From contig LKML01000001.1 of assembly GCA_001563795.1 (NCBI GenBank), forward strand, positions 5,953 through 69,952: a stretch of 64,000 nucleotides of DNA, written 5' to 3'. Position numbers and translations under genes: made by a program. The notes beneath the pieces were generated by a model. The model was not told the DNA's origin. It saw only the letters and a list, made by a program, of their open reading frames with translations, and did no database searches. This DNA is from Haloferacaceae archaeon B1-Br10_E2g22 (GTDB lineage: Archaea; Halobacteriota; Halobacteria; Halobacteriales; Haloferacaceae). This document shows positions 1 through 10,470 of this stretch, in pieces; the stretch's first letter is position 1, and each line of letters starts with the position of its first letter.

Positions 1-1
1 G

Positions 2-169
2 GGGTATGCCGATTCGATCAACGCCGAAACCGTCGTCATCGTTGGCGAGCGAGATCTCGAAAACGGCGAGTTGACGCTCAAAGAGATGGCAAGCGGCGAG
101 CAAACCACCGCGCCACTCGAGGCGTTCCCAGGTGACCTCCAGCGACCGACTTACGACGACTGGGAGTAG
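2..169 (+). CDS. hisS: Histidyl-tRNA synthetase, C-terminal anticodon-binding domain (5' partial)
   Basis: Manual translation GYADSINAETVVIVGERDLENGELTLKEMASGEQ...WE*, typical class IIa aaRS anticodon-binding end; TAG at 167-169. Confidence 0.75.
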   Translation, partial: GYADSINAETVVIVGERDLENGELTLKEMASGEQTTAPLEAFPGDLQRPTYDDWE

Positions 170-218
170 CCGAACCGTGGGGTTTCATTATCGCCACTAA
201 CAGAGACAAATCAATTAA

Positions 219-1730
219 ATGAGAATACGGGTTGATTGGCGGTTCAGTCTGAATCTGACTGGCACCGTCCTCAAGTGGTTTGCTCTGCCGTTGTCACTGC
301 CGGTTTTTGTGGCACTGTTGTACGGCGAGCCTCTTAGCCCGTTTTTGATTGCGATTGCGGTCACACTCGTCGTTGGCCTCGGCTTCGAACAGTTCGACGA
401 GCAGGCCCGACTGGGGCCTCGAGAAGCTCTGTTGATGGTTGCGCTCACCTGGCTTTTGGTCGCACTTGTCGGAGCGATTCCGTTCGTAGTCGCAGGCCGT
501 GGGACGATTGCTCACCCGCTCAACGCGGCGTTCGAATCGATGAGCGGGCTGACGACGACCGGTGCGACCGTCATTCGGGAGTTCGACATTCATGCCCGCT
601 CGATTATGTTCTGGCGACAACTCATCCAATGGGTCGGTGGGCTGGGAATCCTCATTCTGGCAACCGCAATTCTCTCGCGGCTTTCGGTGGGTGGAGCCCG
701 GCTGATGGAGACCGAAACCCAGTACGACAACGTCGATAAACTCACTCCGCATATCGAAGACACCGCCCGGCTGATCGGCACACTCTACGCTGGCTTGACC
801 GTGACCGCAATCACGGTGCTGTATGGGCTGCATCTCGTCGGCCTCGCGCCGAATATGAACCTTTTCAACGCCGTCTCACACGCCTTCAGTAGCGTATCAA
901 CGGCTGGCTTTTCGCCTGAACCACAGAGTATCGAAGCCTTCGAGCCGGTCGTTCAGTGGGCACTCATGCCGTTTATGTTTCTGGGTTCGACCAGTTTCGT
1001 TCTCATGTATTTCGTTCTTCGAGGCAACATCGGCCGACTGCGAAACAGCGAGGAGTTCTGGTTTTATCTTGGCACTATCGTCGTCTTTTCGGGACTGGTT
1101 GTCGGGATTCTTACGCTTACCGGCAATCCGACCGGCAACGGATTTGATGCGACGTTCCGCCAGTCACTTTTCAATGTGGTCTCGATTATCACCACCACAG
1201 GCTATGCAAACGCTGATTTCAACCAGTGGCCAGCGTTTGCGACGTTCCTTCTTTTCGTCTGTATGTTCTTCGGCGGTATGGCCGGTTCGACGACCTGTTC
1301 GATCAAATCCTTCCGCTGGGTGGTGATTTTCAAAACGTTTCGGCGTGATCTGTTTACGGTTATCCACCCCGAAGCGGTTCGTCCAATCCGGCTCAGCGGC
1401 CAAGTGGTCGACGAACGTACCGTCCGAAACGTCTATTCGTATACGCTGGTTGCCATCGTTGGCGTATTTCTGATTGCGATGTTCATTGTCGTCGACGGCG
1501 CACGAACCGGACTGTATGAGGCAACCGAGATTAGCCAGTTCGATGCGCTTGGGGCCGCCGCCTCGACGTTTCTCAACATCGGCCCAGCGTTCGGGCCGGC
1601 CGGCCCTTACGGGACGTACGACGTGTTCGAACCACCAACGAAAGCACTGATGGTGCTCGTGATGTGGGTTGGCCGTATCGAGATCATTCCGGTGTTAGTG
1701 TTGTTCACCCGGTCGTTCTGGCAGTCCTGA
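219..1730 (+). CDS. trkH: Trk-type potassium uptake membrane protein
   Basis: Multi-TM protein with selectivity-filter motifs FESMSGLTTTG, SVSTAGF, ITTTGY, FLNIGP and GGMAGST. Confidence 0.95.
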   Translation: MRIRVDWRFSLNLTGTVLKWFALPLSLPVFVALLYGEPLSPFLIAIAVTLVVGLGFEQFDEQARLGPREALLMVALTWLLVALVGAIPFVVAGRGTIAHPLNAAFESMSGLTTTGATVIREFDIHARSIMFWRQLIQWVGGLGILILATAILSRLSVGGARLMETETQYDNVDKLTPHIEDTARLIGTLYAGLTVTAITVLYGLHLVGLAPNMNLFNAVSHAFSSVSTAGFSPEPQSIEAFEPVVQWALMPFMFLGSTSFVLMYFVLRGNIGRLRNSEEFWFYLGTIVVFSGLVVGILTLTGNPTGNGFDATFRQSLFNVVSIITTTGYANADFNQWPAFATFLLFVCMFFGGMAGSTTCSIKSFRWVVIFKTFRRDLFTVIHPEAVRPIRLSGQVVDERTVRNVYSYTLVAIVGVFLIAMFIVVDGARTGLYEATEISQFDALGAAASTFLNIGPAFGPAGPYGTYDVFEPPTKALMVLVMWVGRIEIIPVLVLFTRSFWQS

Positions 1731-1964
1731 CCGCAGCCAATAGGCCTCGAGGCTACTGGATCACGCTGTCGAGGAGAGTCTTCACCAGCGGTTGTCAGTA
1801 CATACAGAGTATCACAACAACTTACTAAAATGATCATGAAGATGATAATACTTATTGTATGAATCAATGATTACTATATGTGGCGCGGGTAGTTGCAACT
1901 CACCGTCAGAGTGGTCGATTCCGGCCTCTCTGGAGGCTACCTGCTGCCCTCCTAGTGAATATCT

Positions 1965-3503
1965 ATGTCAACTGAAACCTACGTCGGTTCCGTCGATCAA
2001 GGGACAACCGGCACACGATTTATGGTCTTCGACCATGGTGGCAACGTCGTAACAAGCGCATACGAGAAACACGAACAGATCTATCCGGAACCTGGCTGGG
2101 TCGAACACGATCCGATGGAAATCTGGGAAAACACCCAACGTGTGATCACCACGGCGCTCGAGGAAGGCGGCATCGACCCCGAGCAACTCGAGGCAATCGG
2201 TGTCACCAACCAGCGTGAGACGACGGTCATCTGGGACGGCGAATCCGGCCAGCCGATCGCCAATGCTATTGTCTGGCAGGATCGCCGAACCACAGACCGG
2301 ATCGAAACCCTCGAGGAGGACGGCCACGCCGAGATGGTCCAACAAAAAACCGGCCTCGAGCCCGACGCCTACTTTTCGGCGACGAAAGCCGAGTGGCTCT
2401 TGGACAACACCGACCCGATCAAACTCCAGCGCGCCCGCCCACAGGACGTTCGTGAACGCGCCGAGGAGGGCGATCTCATGTTCGGAACCATCGATACGTG
2501 GGTGATCTATAACCTCACGGGCAACCACATTACTGATGTCTCGAATGCCTCCCGGACGATGCTTTTCAACATCCATGAGATGGATTGGGACGACGAACTC
2601 CTCGAGGAGTTCAACGTTCCGGCCGCGACCCTGCCCGAAGTCCGGCCGTCTTCGGACGATGCGACTTATGGTTCGACTGATGCCGAGGGCTTTCTTGGCG
2701 CGGAGGTTCCGGTTGCTGGCGCACTCGGCGACCAGCAGGCCGCCCTCTTTGGACAGACCTGCTTTGATTCCGGAGATGCGAAAAACACCTACGGCACCGG
2801 CTCGTTCATGCTGATGAACACCGGCAACGAGGCTGTCATGAGCGACCACGGCCTGCTGACGACAGTCGGCTTCCAGCGATCCGGCGAGCCAGTCCAGTAC
2901 GCTCTCGAGGGAGCGATCTTCATCACTGGAGCGGCAATCGAGTGGCTCGAGGATATGACGCTGATCGACGACGCCATGGAGTCCGAAGCCGTCGCCCGAA
3001 GCGTTGATTCGACAGATGGCGTCTACTTTGTCCCCGCGTTTGCCGGGCTGGGTGCGCCCCACTGGGATCAGCGTGCTCGCGGGACGATCGTCGGCATGAC
3101 ACGCGGGACCCGCCGGGAGCATATCGTCCGTGCCACTCTCGAGTCGATCGCCTTCCAGACCAAAGACGTCGCCGAGGCGATGGTCGAAGATTCGGATATC
3201 GACCTCGCTGATCTCCGCGTCGATGGCGGGGCAGTCAAAAACAACTTCCTGTGTCAACTCCAGGCCGACATCGTCGATACCAACATCGTTCGGCCGGTGG
3301 TTGACGAAACCACCGCGCTTGGGTCGGCCTACGCCGCTGGCCTCGCGGTTGGCTACTGGGAGACCGTAGACGAACTCCGGGACAACTGGCAGATCGACCG
3401 CGAGTTCGACCCCGACCCAGAGGCCGACTACTCCACCGCGTTCGACCGCTGGCACGACGCGGTCGATCGGTCGCTTGACTGGGCGACATCCGGCGACGAG
3501 TAG
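1965..3503 (+). CDS. glpK: Glycerol kinase
   Basis: DQGTTGTR, TNQRETT, AIVWQDRR, GDQQAALFGQ, KNTYGTG, YALEG motifs. Confidence 0.97.
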   Translation: MSTETYVGSVDQGTTGTRFMVFDHGGNVVTSAYEKHEQIYPEPGWVEHDPMEIWENTQRVITTALEEGGIDPEQLEAIGVTNQRETTVIWDGESGQPIANAIVWQDRRTTDRIETLEEDGHAEMVQQKTGLEPDAYFSATKAEWLLDNTDPIKLQRARPQDVRERAEEGDLMFGTIDTWVIYNLTGNHITDVSNASRTMLFNIHEMDWDDELLEEFNVPAATLPEVRPSSDDATYGSTDAEGFLGAEVPVAGALGDQQAALFGQTCFDSGDAKNTYGTGSFMLMNTGNEAVMSDHGLLTTVGFQRSGEPVQYALEGAIFITGAAIEWLEDMTLIDDAMESEAVARSVDSTDGVYFVPAFAGLGAPHWDQRARGTIVGMTRGTRREHIVRATLESIAFQTKDVAEAMVEDSDIDLADLRVDGGAVKNNFLCQLQADIVDTNIVRPVVDETTALGSAYAAGLAVGYWETVDELRDNWQIDREFDPDPEADYSTAFDRWHDAVDRSLDWATSGDE

Positions 3504-3539
3504 CCCGAACCGACCGGTTTTGGAGACAGCAATCGCTTG

Positions 3540-3577
3540 CGGTTTTCTTTTATTTAATAAAATACAAACCGAACCGC
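3540..3577. terminator. Probable bidirectional terminator between convergent glpK and sufD
   Basis: T-tract on + and A-tract (T on -) forming the inverted repeat TTTTATT-T-AATAAAA (3548-3562). Confidence 0.45.
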
Positions 3578-3588
3578 AGCGTGAGTAG

Positions 3589-4797
3589 TTACTCGAGTCG
3601 GGCGAGGATCAACTCGGAGAGATCCTCACGGAACGCCTCGACGTCGATTTCTTCGAGCACCGGCACGAAAAAGCCCTCAACCAGCATGTTACGGGCTGTC
3701 TGGGGGTCGATGGATCGGGAGGTCATGTACAACAGATCCTCTTGGTCGACTTGACCCACAGTGGCAGAGTGGCTGGCTTCGGTGTCGTGGTTTTTGATGA
3801 TGAGTTTGGGCGAAGCGTCGGCTTCCGATTCGTCCGACAGCATCAGCGTGTTCTCACGCTGGTAGGAACTCGTATTCCAAGCGCCCTCACCAACGTCTTG
3901 GACACCTTCGTACACAGACCGGGCGACGTCATCAAGCACACCGCGGGTGACGAGGTCTGCGGTCGTGTGTTCTGCACGGTGCCAGACTCGAGCGTTGACA
4001 TCGAGGTGCTGGTCTTCGTGGCCGAAAAACGCCCCGACGATCTTGCTTTCGGAGCCATCGCCGTTCAGTTCCGTTTCGACATCCGAACGGGTGAGCCGCG
4101 AGCCGATGTTGCCTTCGATCCAGTTGACCGTCGCGTAGGTGTCGGTCAGACCGTGTTTGAGCGTAACGTGGTAGGTTTCTTCGTCGAGGTTCTGCAGCGA
4201 ACCGAACTGGACGTAGCTGTTTTCGCCCGCGTTCACTTCGACGATGTTGCTGAAAAAGCGATCCCCTTCGACGTCTGTGCCCGATTCAATAGACTCGAGG
4301 ATCGTCGCTGAGGCCGATTTTTCGGTGACCACAAGCGTGTGACTGAACAGCGACCGGGAGTTCATCTCGGCGCGGATCGTCACGTCTTCGGCCTCGACGC
4401 CCTCGGGCACATAGATGACTGTCCCCGTCGTAAACAGCGCAGCAGACAACGCGGTCAGATAGTTCTGCTGTGGGTCGACGATGGTTCCGAAGTGGTCTTT
4501 GACGAGGGCTTCGTGTTCCTCGAGTGCCTCGACAAACGACAGCACTTCTGCGCCCTCTACGTCGGCACGTTCGGTTTCGTCGGACTGATCGAGCGGGTCG
4601 ACCAGCGTTTCGAAATCGAGCGATTCGAGATCCGTCCATCGGCGGCCGGGTGTGTTGATTACATCCGGCAACTCGAGGTCATCGAGTGCTTCGAGTGCCT
4701 CGAGACGGCGCTCGAGCAGCCAGTCTGGTTCGTCGCGGGCTGCTGAAATCTCTTCGACCGTTTCGGCCGAAATAGAGGCTGGTACCTGGACGCTCAT
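3589..4797 (-). CDS. sufD: Fe-S cluster assembly protein SufD
   Basis: SufBD beta-helix family, PKLIIKNHDTEASHSATVG, LLYMTSR; overlaps sufB stop. Confidence 0.93.
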   Translation of the reverse strand: MSVQVPASISAETVEEISAARDEPDWLLERRLEALEALDDLELPDVINTPGRRWTDLESLDFETLVDPLDQSDETERADVEGAEVLSFVEALEEHEALVKDHFGTIVDPQQNYLTALSAALFTTGTVIYVPEGVEAEDVTIRAEMNSRSLFSHTLVVTEKSASATILESIESGTDVEGDRFFSNIVEVNAGENSYVQFGSLQNLDEETYHVTLKHGLTDTYATVNWIEGNIGSRLTRSDVETELNGDGSESKIVGAFFGHEDQHLDVNARVWHRAEHTTADLVTRGVLDDVARSVYEGVQDVGEGAWNTSSYQRENTLMLSDESEADASPKLIIKNHDTEASHSATVGQVDQEDLLYMTSRSIDPQTARNMLVEGFFVPVLEEIDVEAFREDLSELILARLE

Positions 4798-6221
4798 CCG
4801 AGCGACCCCTCCATCTCGAGTTCAACCAAGCGGTTGAGTTCGACTGCGTACTCGATTGGTAGCTCTTCGGTGATCGGTTCGATGAACCCGGAGACGATCA
4901 TCTGTTTGGCGTCGTCGTCATCCAGTCCACGCGATTGTAGATAGAAGATATCTTCGTCGCCAATCTTACCGACAGTCGCCTCGTGGGCGACGTCGACTTT
5001 CGACTCGTTGATCTCCATATACGGCATCGTATCCGAAATCGAGTTGTTATCGAACATCAGCGCATCGCACTCGACAGCAGTCGAGGAGTTTTCTGCGCCG
5101 TCGGCGATGTGGACGAGCCCACGGTAGTTGGTTCGGCCGCCGTCTTTCGAGATCGATTTCGACTCGATGGTCGATTTGGTCTCAGGGGCGTTGTGGTAGA
5201 CCTTCGCGCCGGTGTCGATGTTCTGGCCCTCGCCCGCGAAGGCGATGGTGATGTGGTTATCCGAGGCACCGCGGCCTTTGAGAATCGAGGCTGGGTACAG
5301 CATGGTGGCTTTCGAGCCCATCGAGCCCGAAATCCACTCCATGCGGCCGTTTTTCTCGACGATGGCACGTTTGGTGTTGAGGTTGTAGGTGTTTTTCGAC
5401 CAGTTCTGAACGGTCGAGTACTGGACGTGGGCGTCCTCTTTGACGAACACTTCGACGCCACCCGAATGCAGGTTGAACGCCGAGTATTTGGGGGCCGAAC
5501 AGCCCTCAATGTAGTGGACTTCCGAGCCCTCTTCGGCGATGATGAGGGTGTGTTCGAACTGGCCCATCCCCTCGCTGTTCATCCGGAAGTACGCCTGAAT
5601 CGGCATCTCGACTTTGGTGTCCTCTGGAACGTAGACAAACGAGCCGCCCGACCAGATCGCCCCGTGGAGGGCAGCGAACTTGTTGTCGCTTGGTGGGACA
5701 CATTTGGTCATGAAGTACTCGCGGACGAGATCCTCGTGTTCCTGGACAGCCTTGTCCATATCACAGAAGACCACGCCTTTTTCCTCCCACTGTTCTTGCA
5801 TGTTCTGGTAGACGATCTCGGATTCGTACTGCGCACCGACACCCGAAAGGGCGTTCTTTTCGGCCTCCGGAATGCCGAGTTTGTCGAACGTATCTTTGAT
5901 GTCTTCCGGCAGGTCTGTCCAGTCGTCGACGCCGCCACGGACGTCGATGTCAGGCCGAATGTAGGGGACAATCTCGTCTACGTCGACTTCCGAGAGATCT
6001 GGGATCTCGGGCCAGTCGGTCGGCATCGGCATGTTCTGGAAGTGCTCGAGGGCGCGAAGGCGTCGCTGGAGCATCCATTCGGGTTCGTCTTTGTCTTCCG
6101 AGATGACGCGAATCGTCTCTTCGGTCAGGCCTTTTTCGCTCTTGAAGGCGGATGCTTCCTCCTTTTTGAACTCGAATCGGGCCTCGGTGTCTGTCTGTTT
6201 GAGATGTTCTTCTGAACTCAT
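4794..6221 (-). CDS. sufB: Fe-S cluster assembly protein SufB
   Basis: GQFEHTLII, YIEGCSAP, VECDALM, HEATVGKI, FYLQSRG; no intein. Confidence 0.97.
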   Translation of the reverse strand: MSSEEHLKQTDTEARFEFKKEEASAFKSEKGLTEETIRVISEDKDEPEWMLQRRLRALEHFQNMPMPTDWPEIPDLSEVDVDEIVPYIRPDIDVRGGVDDWTDLPEDIKDTFDKLGIPEAEKNALSGVGAQYESEIVYQNMQEQWEEKGVVFCDMDKAVQEHEDLVREYFMTKCVPPSDNKFAALHGAIWSGGSFVYVPEDTKVEMPIQAYFRMNSEGMGQFEHTLIIAEEGSEVHYIEGCSAPKYSAFNLHSGGVEVFVKEDAHVQYSTVQNWSKNTYNLNTKRAIVEKNGRMEWISGSMGSKATMLYPASILKGRGASDNHITIAFAGEGQNIDTGAKVYHNAPETKSTIESKSISKDGGRTNYRGLVHIADGAENSSTAVECDALMFDNNSISDTMPYMEINESKVDVAHEATVGKIGDEDIFYLQSRGLDDDDAKQMIVSGFIEPITEELPIEYAVELNRLVELEMEGSLG

Positions 6222-6272
6222 GGATTGTATTTGGTGTTGGTTGCTTATAGTGCTGTGCGTAATCTTGGGAAG

Positions 6273-7187
6273 TTACGCCGCCTCGTAGACGTCATCGCGA
6301 ACCCAGTCGTAGCCTTTGTCCTCGAGTTCGGCAGCCAGCGACGCGTCGCCGCTTTTGACAACCCGGCCGTCGAGCATGACGTGAACGTGGTCGGGTTCGA
6401 CATAATCAAGGATTCGCTGGTAGTGGGTAATCTGGAGAACGCCAGTGCCCTGTTCGTCGCGCAGCGCGTTGATTCCTTTCGAGACGTCCTGGAGTCGGTC
6501 GATGTCAAGCCCGGAGTCGATCTCATCAAGGACGGCTATACATGGCTCGAGGAGGGCAGCCTGGAGGACTTCGTTCTGTTTTTTCTCTCCGCCCGAAAAG
6601 CCTGCGTTGAGATACCGGGTCATGAACTTTTCGTCCATATCGAGCAGTTCCATCTTTTCGGAGAGGATCTGCTGGAACTCGGCGACACCGACTGCACCAT
6701 CGTCGGCAGGGCCTTCCATCGGCGAGGTATCGTAGCCTGCGTCTTCTTGTTCGGCTTCGTCGTCGTCTTCGTCTTCGAACAGCTCTTCGCGCTCGTCGGC
6801 TTTGGCGTTGAGTGCCTGTCGGAGGAAGCTGGTCATCGTGACGCCTTCGATCTCGGCTGGATACTGGAACCCAAGGAAAATACCGAGTGCCGCACGCTCG
6901 TTTGGCTCGAGTTCGAGGAGGTTCCACGTCAGGTCGTCTTCGTCCAACTCTTCGTCGATGTCTGCGACGTCTTCGTCGTCGAGATGCAGCAAGATCTCGC
7001 CGTCGGTGACTTCGTAGGCTGGATGCCCAGCGATGATCTTGGCGGTTGTTGATTTTCCGGAGCCGTTCGGGCCCATCAGCGCGTGGATCTCACCGGAGTT
7101 GACCGTCAGGTCGACACCCCGAAGAATCGTCTCGCCGTCTTCTTCTGCGACTGCTGCGTGTAGGTTTTTGATTTCTAATGTTGCCAT
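6273..7187 (-). CDS. sufC: Fe-S cluster assembly ATPase SufC
   Basis: GPNGSGKST, FLGFQYP, GFSGGEKK, LDEIDSGLDID, ITHYQRIL. Confidence 0.96.
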   Translation of the reverse strand: MATLEIKNLHAAVAEEDGETILRGVDLTVNSGEIHALMGPNGSGKSTTAKIIAGHPAYEVTDGEILLHLDDEDVADIDEELDEDDLTWNLLELEPNERAALGIFLGFQYPAEIEGVTMTSFLRQALNAKADEREELFEDEDDDEAEQEDAGYDTSPMEGPADDGAVGVAEFQQILSEKMELLDMDEKFMTRYLNAGFSGGEKKQNEVLQAALLEPCIAVLDEIDSGLDIDRLQDVSKGINALRDEQGTGVLQITHYQRILDYVEPDHVHVMLDGRVVKSGDASLAAELEDKGYDWVRDDVYEAA

Positions 7188-7322
7188 TGTTAACTGATTG
7201 CCTCGTATGAGACAAGTAGGATGTAACGCCCATAATGGTTACGCATTCACCCCCAGAAATCTGCGGATGCGAAAAGAAAATTTCTTAAATCAAAAAGAGC
7301 CGTCCGAGTCGTGTTAGACGTC

Positions 7323-10055
7323 TTACCAGTATTGCTCGAGTCCAGTCTGGGTCTGGCCGGTTTTGATTTCCTCCCACGACATGCCCAGTGCTTCGATCAC
7401 CCGCGAAATCGGGCCTTTGAGCGTTTTGTCTAGCATCTTCTCGAGGTCGACTTCGAACGCTTCGGGAACCTGGTCGTCGTACTCGAAGCAGATCACGTCC
7501 GGATCGCGTTTGAACTCGCCGTACAGTGGGTCTCGCTGTGGGTTGAGTCCCTTTTGGTCTTCCATCTGCCGGAAAAAGGATGGATGGACGTTCTCGAGAT
7601 ACAGCCGTTTTGGTTTCGACCCACGGTCGAAATTAGTTCCCAAAAGAAGGTTGGCATACTGCGCGCCCCGAACCTGGGCAGTGGGCGTGTCGTACGCATC
7701 GAGTCGCTTGCCGATCCCGCCCGGAATGCCAATTTCTTCTATGCTCCGCTCGCCGTTGAGAAACTCCTCGATAACGGTTGTGAGATACGTTCTGACCGCC
7801 TCTATGTCGTCGTCGACATCATCGCCAGTCACAATCGTCTCGATGACTTGCTTTTGGACTTGTTTGGTGATGGGTGCGATATCCGACCGTTTGTACTCGA
7901 AGCCAGTAATGTCGATATCGTCGACGTCTTTGCCCTCCTTCCAGATGATGTGGCCCGCATACCGCTTTTTCGTGCCGGCCTGGAAGAATCGCCGGTACAG
8001 TTTCTCGAATTCGATCTGGAAGCGATGGGCCTCGGCGTTGAGTTCATCGCGTGCGAAATCGTCATACCGACCGTTGATGTACGCTTCTATCTCGAACGAT
8101 TGCTCGAGGGCGTCTTCCTTTCGTACCTCTGTGCCGAGTTCCAACATAACCGAGTCAGTGTCGCCGTATGCAATCTCGTAATCTAGTTCGTTGGCGGCTT
8201 TCGCGGTGAAATCAATCACCTGCCGACCGGTCGCAGTGACTGCGGCCGCACCCTCTTTGTCGTACAGTCGGAACCGATCCCATCCGGTCACGCCGTAGAG
8301 CGAATTCATAATAACCTTGACAGCTGCTTGCTGTCGGTCATAAATCGCATACTCGGTGCTATCTGGATCGTTTTCGTCCCGGAGTTGTTTCTTTTCTTCT
8401 CGCTCTGTCAACAACTCATCGACCATCTCCCGCATGATGCCGTCCGGTTCTTTTCGGAACCGACTCCCGTTGGGTGCTTGGTAGGTTTCGCCAGCAAAAT
8501 CCTCGCCGACCTTTGTTTCGGGGCCGGCGTTGATCGTCACCATACACATCGGGTACAGACTCTTGAGGTCGAGGACGGTGACGTTTTCTTTGACACCGGT
8601 AATCGGATCGAAGACGGCTCCGCCTTCGAACTCCTCGGCTTCCTGTTTGCCCTTGGTTGGCAGCGCAAACTTGCCGTAGGCTTTGTGTAGGACATACTGG
8701 TCTACGGCGTCGCCCGGAGTGGGTGCGTCCTCGAGTTTACAGCCGACGAACTTCCGAACCTCATCCCAGAAGGCGATCAAATTCTGCTTGCGGTCGATCT
8801 CAACACACAACTCGACGTCCCGAAGATTGTACTCCAAGAGTTTGGTCGGGTTGTCCTCCCAGAGATCTCCGATATCACCGGAATACCGCTCTTTGCCCAC
8901 TCCGAGTTCAGTCTCGCCGACTGCATCGAGGCGATAGGAGTCCAACTCGGTAAACTGCGTGCGTTTGTACCCATACAGCAGATCGAAGACGACTCGACCT
9001 TTGATATCGGGGCCACCCCAGCCGGATCGCCACACTTCGTTTACCCGCGAGAGCCGGTCTGCCGAGAGGTCTCTGTCGGTGGTTTCGTCAACGACTTCGA
9101 GACGATCCAAAAAGTATGGCGCATCGAAATCCTCGAAGTTCCATCCCGTAAGCACATCCGGATCTGTGTTTTCGATGTATGTGACGAACTCATCCAACAT
9201 CGCGGCTTCGGTGTCGTAGCTTCGAACCTCGATTGCGATCTCGTCGCTGTATGGTTCGTAGTCGGGGACTGTTTGTGGAATCTCGCCGTCGCCATTAGGA
9301 GCCTCATACAGCCAGAGGATATACTGTTCGTCGAACGAATCATAGCTCGTCAGACAGACGATCGGCTCTTCGCCGTCTTCCGGAAAGCCGCGACGGTCGT
9401 CGACTTCGATATCGAAGATGTTGACTCGCAGATCGCTGTCTGCCTCTGCGGCGACGACTTCGGTGTGGGGAACCTGGATTGTTCCGTCCTCAAGGCGACG
9501 TTCGGAGACACGAACGCCGCTGTTGATTCCGTTATCAATCAAAAACCGGTTCGGAAACAGAATATCGGCCTCGTAGTGGTCGAACTCATCACGGAGTTGT
9601 CCCACATCTCGCGGTGTCCGGCCGATAACTTTCGTGAGTTTCTCGCCGCGAATACTCTCATAGGAGGTGCCGTCGGCGTCGACCTCGTGGCTGGCGGTTA
9701 GCGCGTCGTGCGTTTCTTCCGGAGGCCGCTCTAGCGAGTCGGTCGGCACATAAAAATACGGCTCGAAGCCGAGCACCCGGACGTGTTCGTGAGTTCCGTC
9801 CGCTCGACGACCAAACACGTGGATAATAGGGTGTTCCTCGGTACCGTAGCCCTCGATTGTATAATCGACCTGGGTGACCATCAACTCGAGAGTGCCCTCG
9901 GAGTCAGGAAACCGCGCGTCGTCGATATCGACCACTTCGCTAACCCGTCCGCCGCCGTTGCCGGCGACGACTGCGGCTGCCTCCGCGGCATCCGTCTCAG
10001 CGTCGGCTACCTCCGAATCCGGAGTAGAAAACGTCGAAAGATCCGACTGTGTCAT
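7323..10055 (-). CDS. polB: Family B DNA polymerase (PolB1)
   Basis: Exo motifs FDIEV and GWNFEDFD; polymerase motifs DLKSLYP, KVIMNSLYG, YGDTDS, KKRYAG; start placed at MTQSDL (10055). Confidence 0.96.
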   Translation of the reverse strand: MTQSDLSTFSTPDSEVADAETDAAEAAAVVAGNGGGRVSEVVDIDDARFPDSEGTLELMVTQVDYTIEGYGTEEHPIIHVFGRRADGTHEHVRVLGFEPYFYVPTDSLERPPEETHDALTASHEVDADGTSYESIRGEKLTKVIGRTPRDVGQLRDEFDHYEADILFPNRFLIDNGINSGVRVSERRLEDGTIQVPHTEVVAAEADSDLRVNIFDIEVDDRRGFPEDGEEPIVCLTSYDSFDEQYILWLYEAPNGDGEIPQTVPDYEPYSDEIAIEVRSYDTEAAMLDEFVTYIENTDPDVLTGWNFEDFDAPYFLDRLEVVDETTDRDLSADRLSRVNEVWRSGWGGPDIKGRVVFDLLYGYKRTQFTELDSYRLDAVGETELGVGKERYSGDIGDLWEDNPTKLLEYNLRDVELCVEIDRKQNLIAFWDEVRKFVGCKLEDAPTPGDAVDQYVLHKAYGKFALPTKGKQEAEEFEGGAVFDPITGVKENVTVLDLKSLYPMCMVTINAGPETKVGEDFAGETYQAPNGSRFRKEPDGIMREMVDELLTEREEKKQLRDENDPDSTEYAIYDRQQAAVKVIMNSLYGVTGWDRFRLYDKEGAAAVTATGRQVIDFTAKAANELDYEIAYGDTDSVMLELGTEVRKEDALEQSFEIEAYINGRYDDFARDELNAEAHRFQIEFEKLYRRFFQAGTKKRYAGHIIWKEGKDVDDIDITGFEYKRSDIAPITKQVQKQVIETIVTGDDVDDDIEAVRTYLTTVIEEFLNGERSIEEIGIPGGIGKRLDAYDTPTAQVRGAQYANLLLGTNFDRGSKPKRLYLENVHPSFFRQMEDQKGLNPQRDPLYGEFKRDPDVICFEYDDQVPEAFEVDLEKMLDKTLKGPISRVIEALGMSWEEIKTGQTQTGLEQYW

Positions 10056-10197
10056 AGCGATTGGTTGTCCCGTCCGAGTAAAAAGACCGGCCTTTCGTTC
10101 GCTGAACTGTACGGACACCCAAAAGGTAGCCGTTGGCTGGCAATGATCAGCCCAACAACAAGCTATTTACTGTGTCAACTGTTACCACGTATTGAGT

Positions 10198-10371
10198 ATG
10201 ACCACCCACCTAAACGATTCCCAGAACAGTCAGACGGCCGCAGCCGAACCAGACAGTGTTGCGACCGTCGAATCCTACGAAGTCGACGGCGGTGTGGTGT
10301 TTTACGATGCCGAAAATCCACTCGCTTGGGTCGAAACCACACAGACTGTCAGCCTTTCTGAACTCGCATAG
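10198..10371 (+). CDS. Small acidic haloarchaeal protein (57 aa), not in ORF track
   Basis: Manual translation MTTHLNDSQN...TVESYEVDGGVVFYDAENPLAWVETTQTVSLSELA*; AT-rich promoter-like sequence upstream; resembles a recurrent haloarchaeal small-protein motif. Confidence 0.7.
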   Translation: MTTHLNDSQNSQTAAAEPDSVATVESYEVDGGVVFYDAENPLAWVETTQTVSLSELA

Positions 10372-10470
10372 TCCCCGAGAGCTGCCGTTGCTGTGAGGAG
10401 TAATGTTGGCAGGCCCCGTGAGTACGTTCGAATCACGAATCCTTTTGGGTTGCCTCTGCAATGTGTTGTT

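Noticed and set aside
1968-3455. 495-aa ORF antisense to glpK, and similar long shadow ORFs (4983-6215, 14076-15050, 34716-35672, 41145-42017, 50118-51017, 52044-52934)
   Set aside because: Mirror frames of real genes in high-GC, codon-biased DNA; no motifs and not the typical proteome composition
7323-10055. Possible intein in PolB (also checked SufB, Rad50 and the visible part of NrdA)
   Set aside because: Catalytic motifs are contiguous, lengths are normal and no splice-junction or LAGLIDADG blocks were seen
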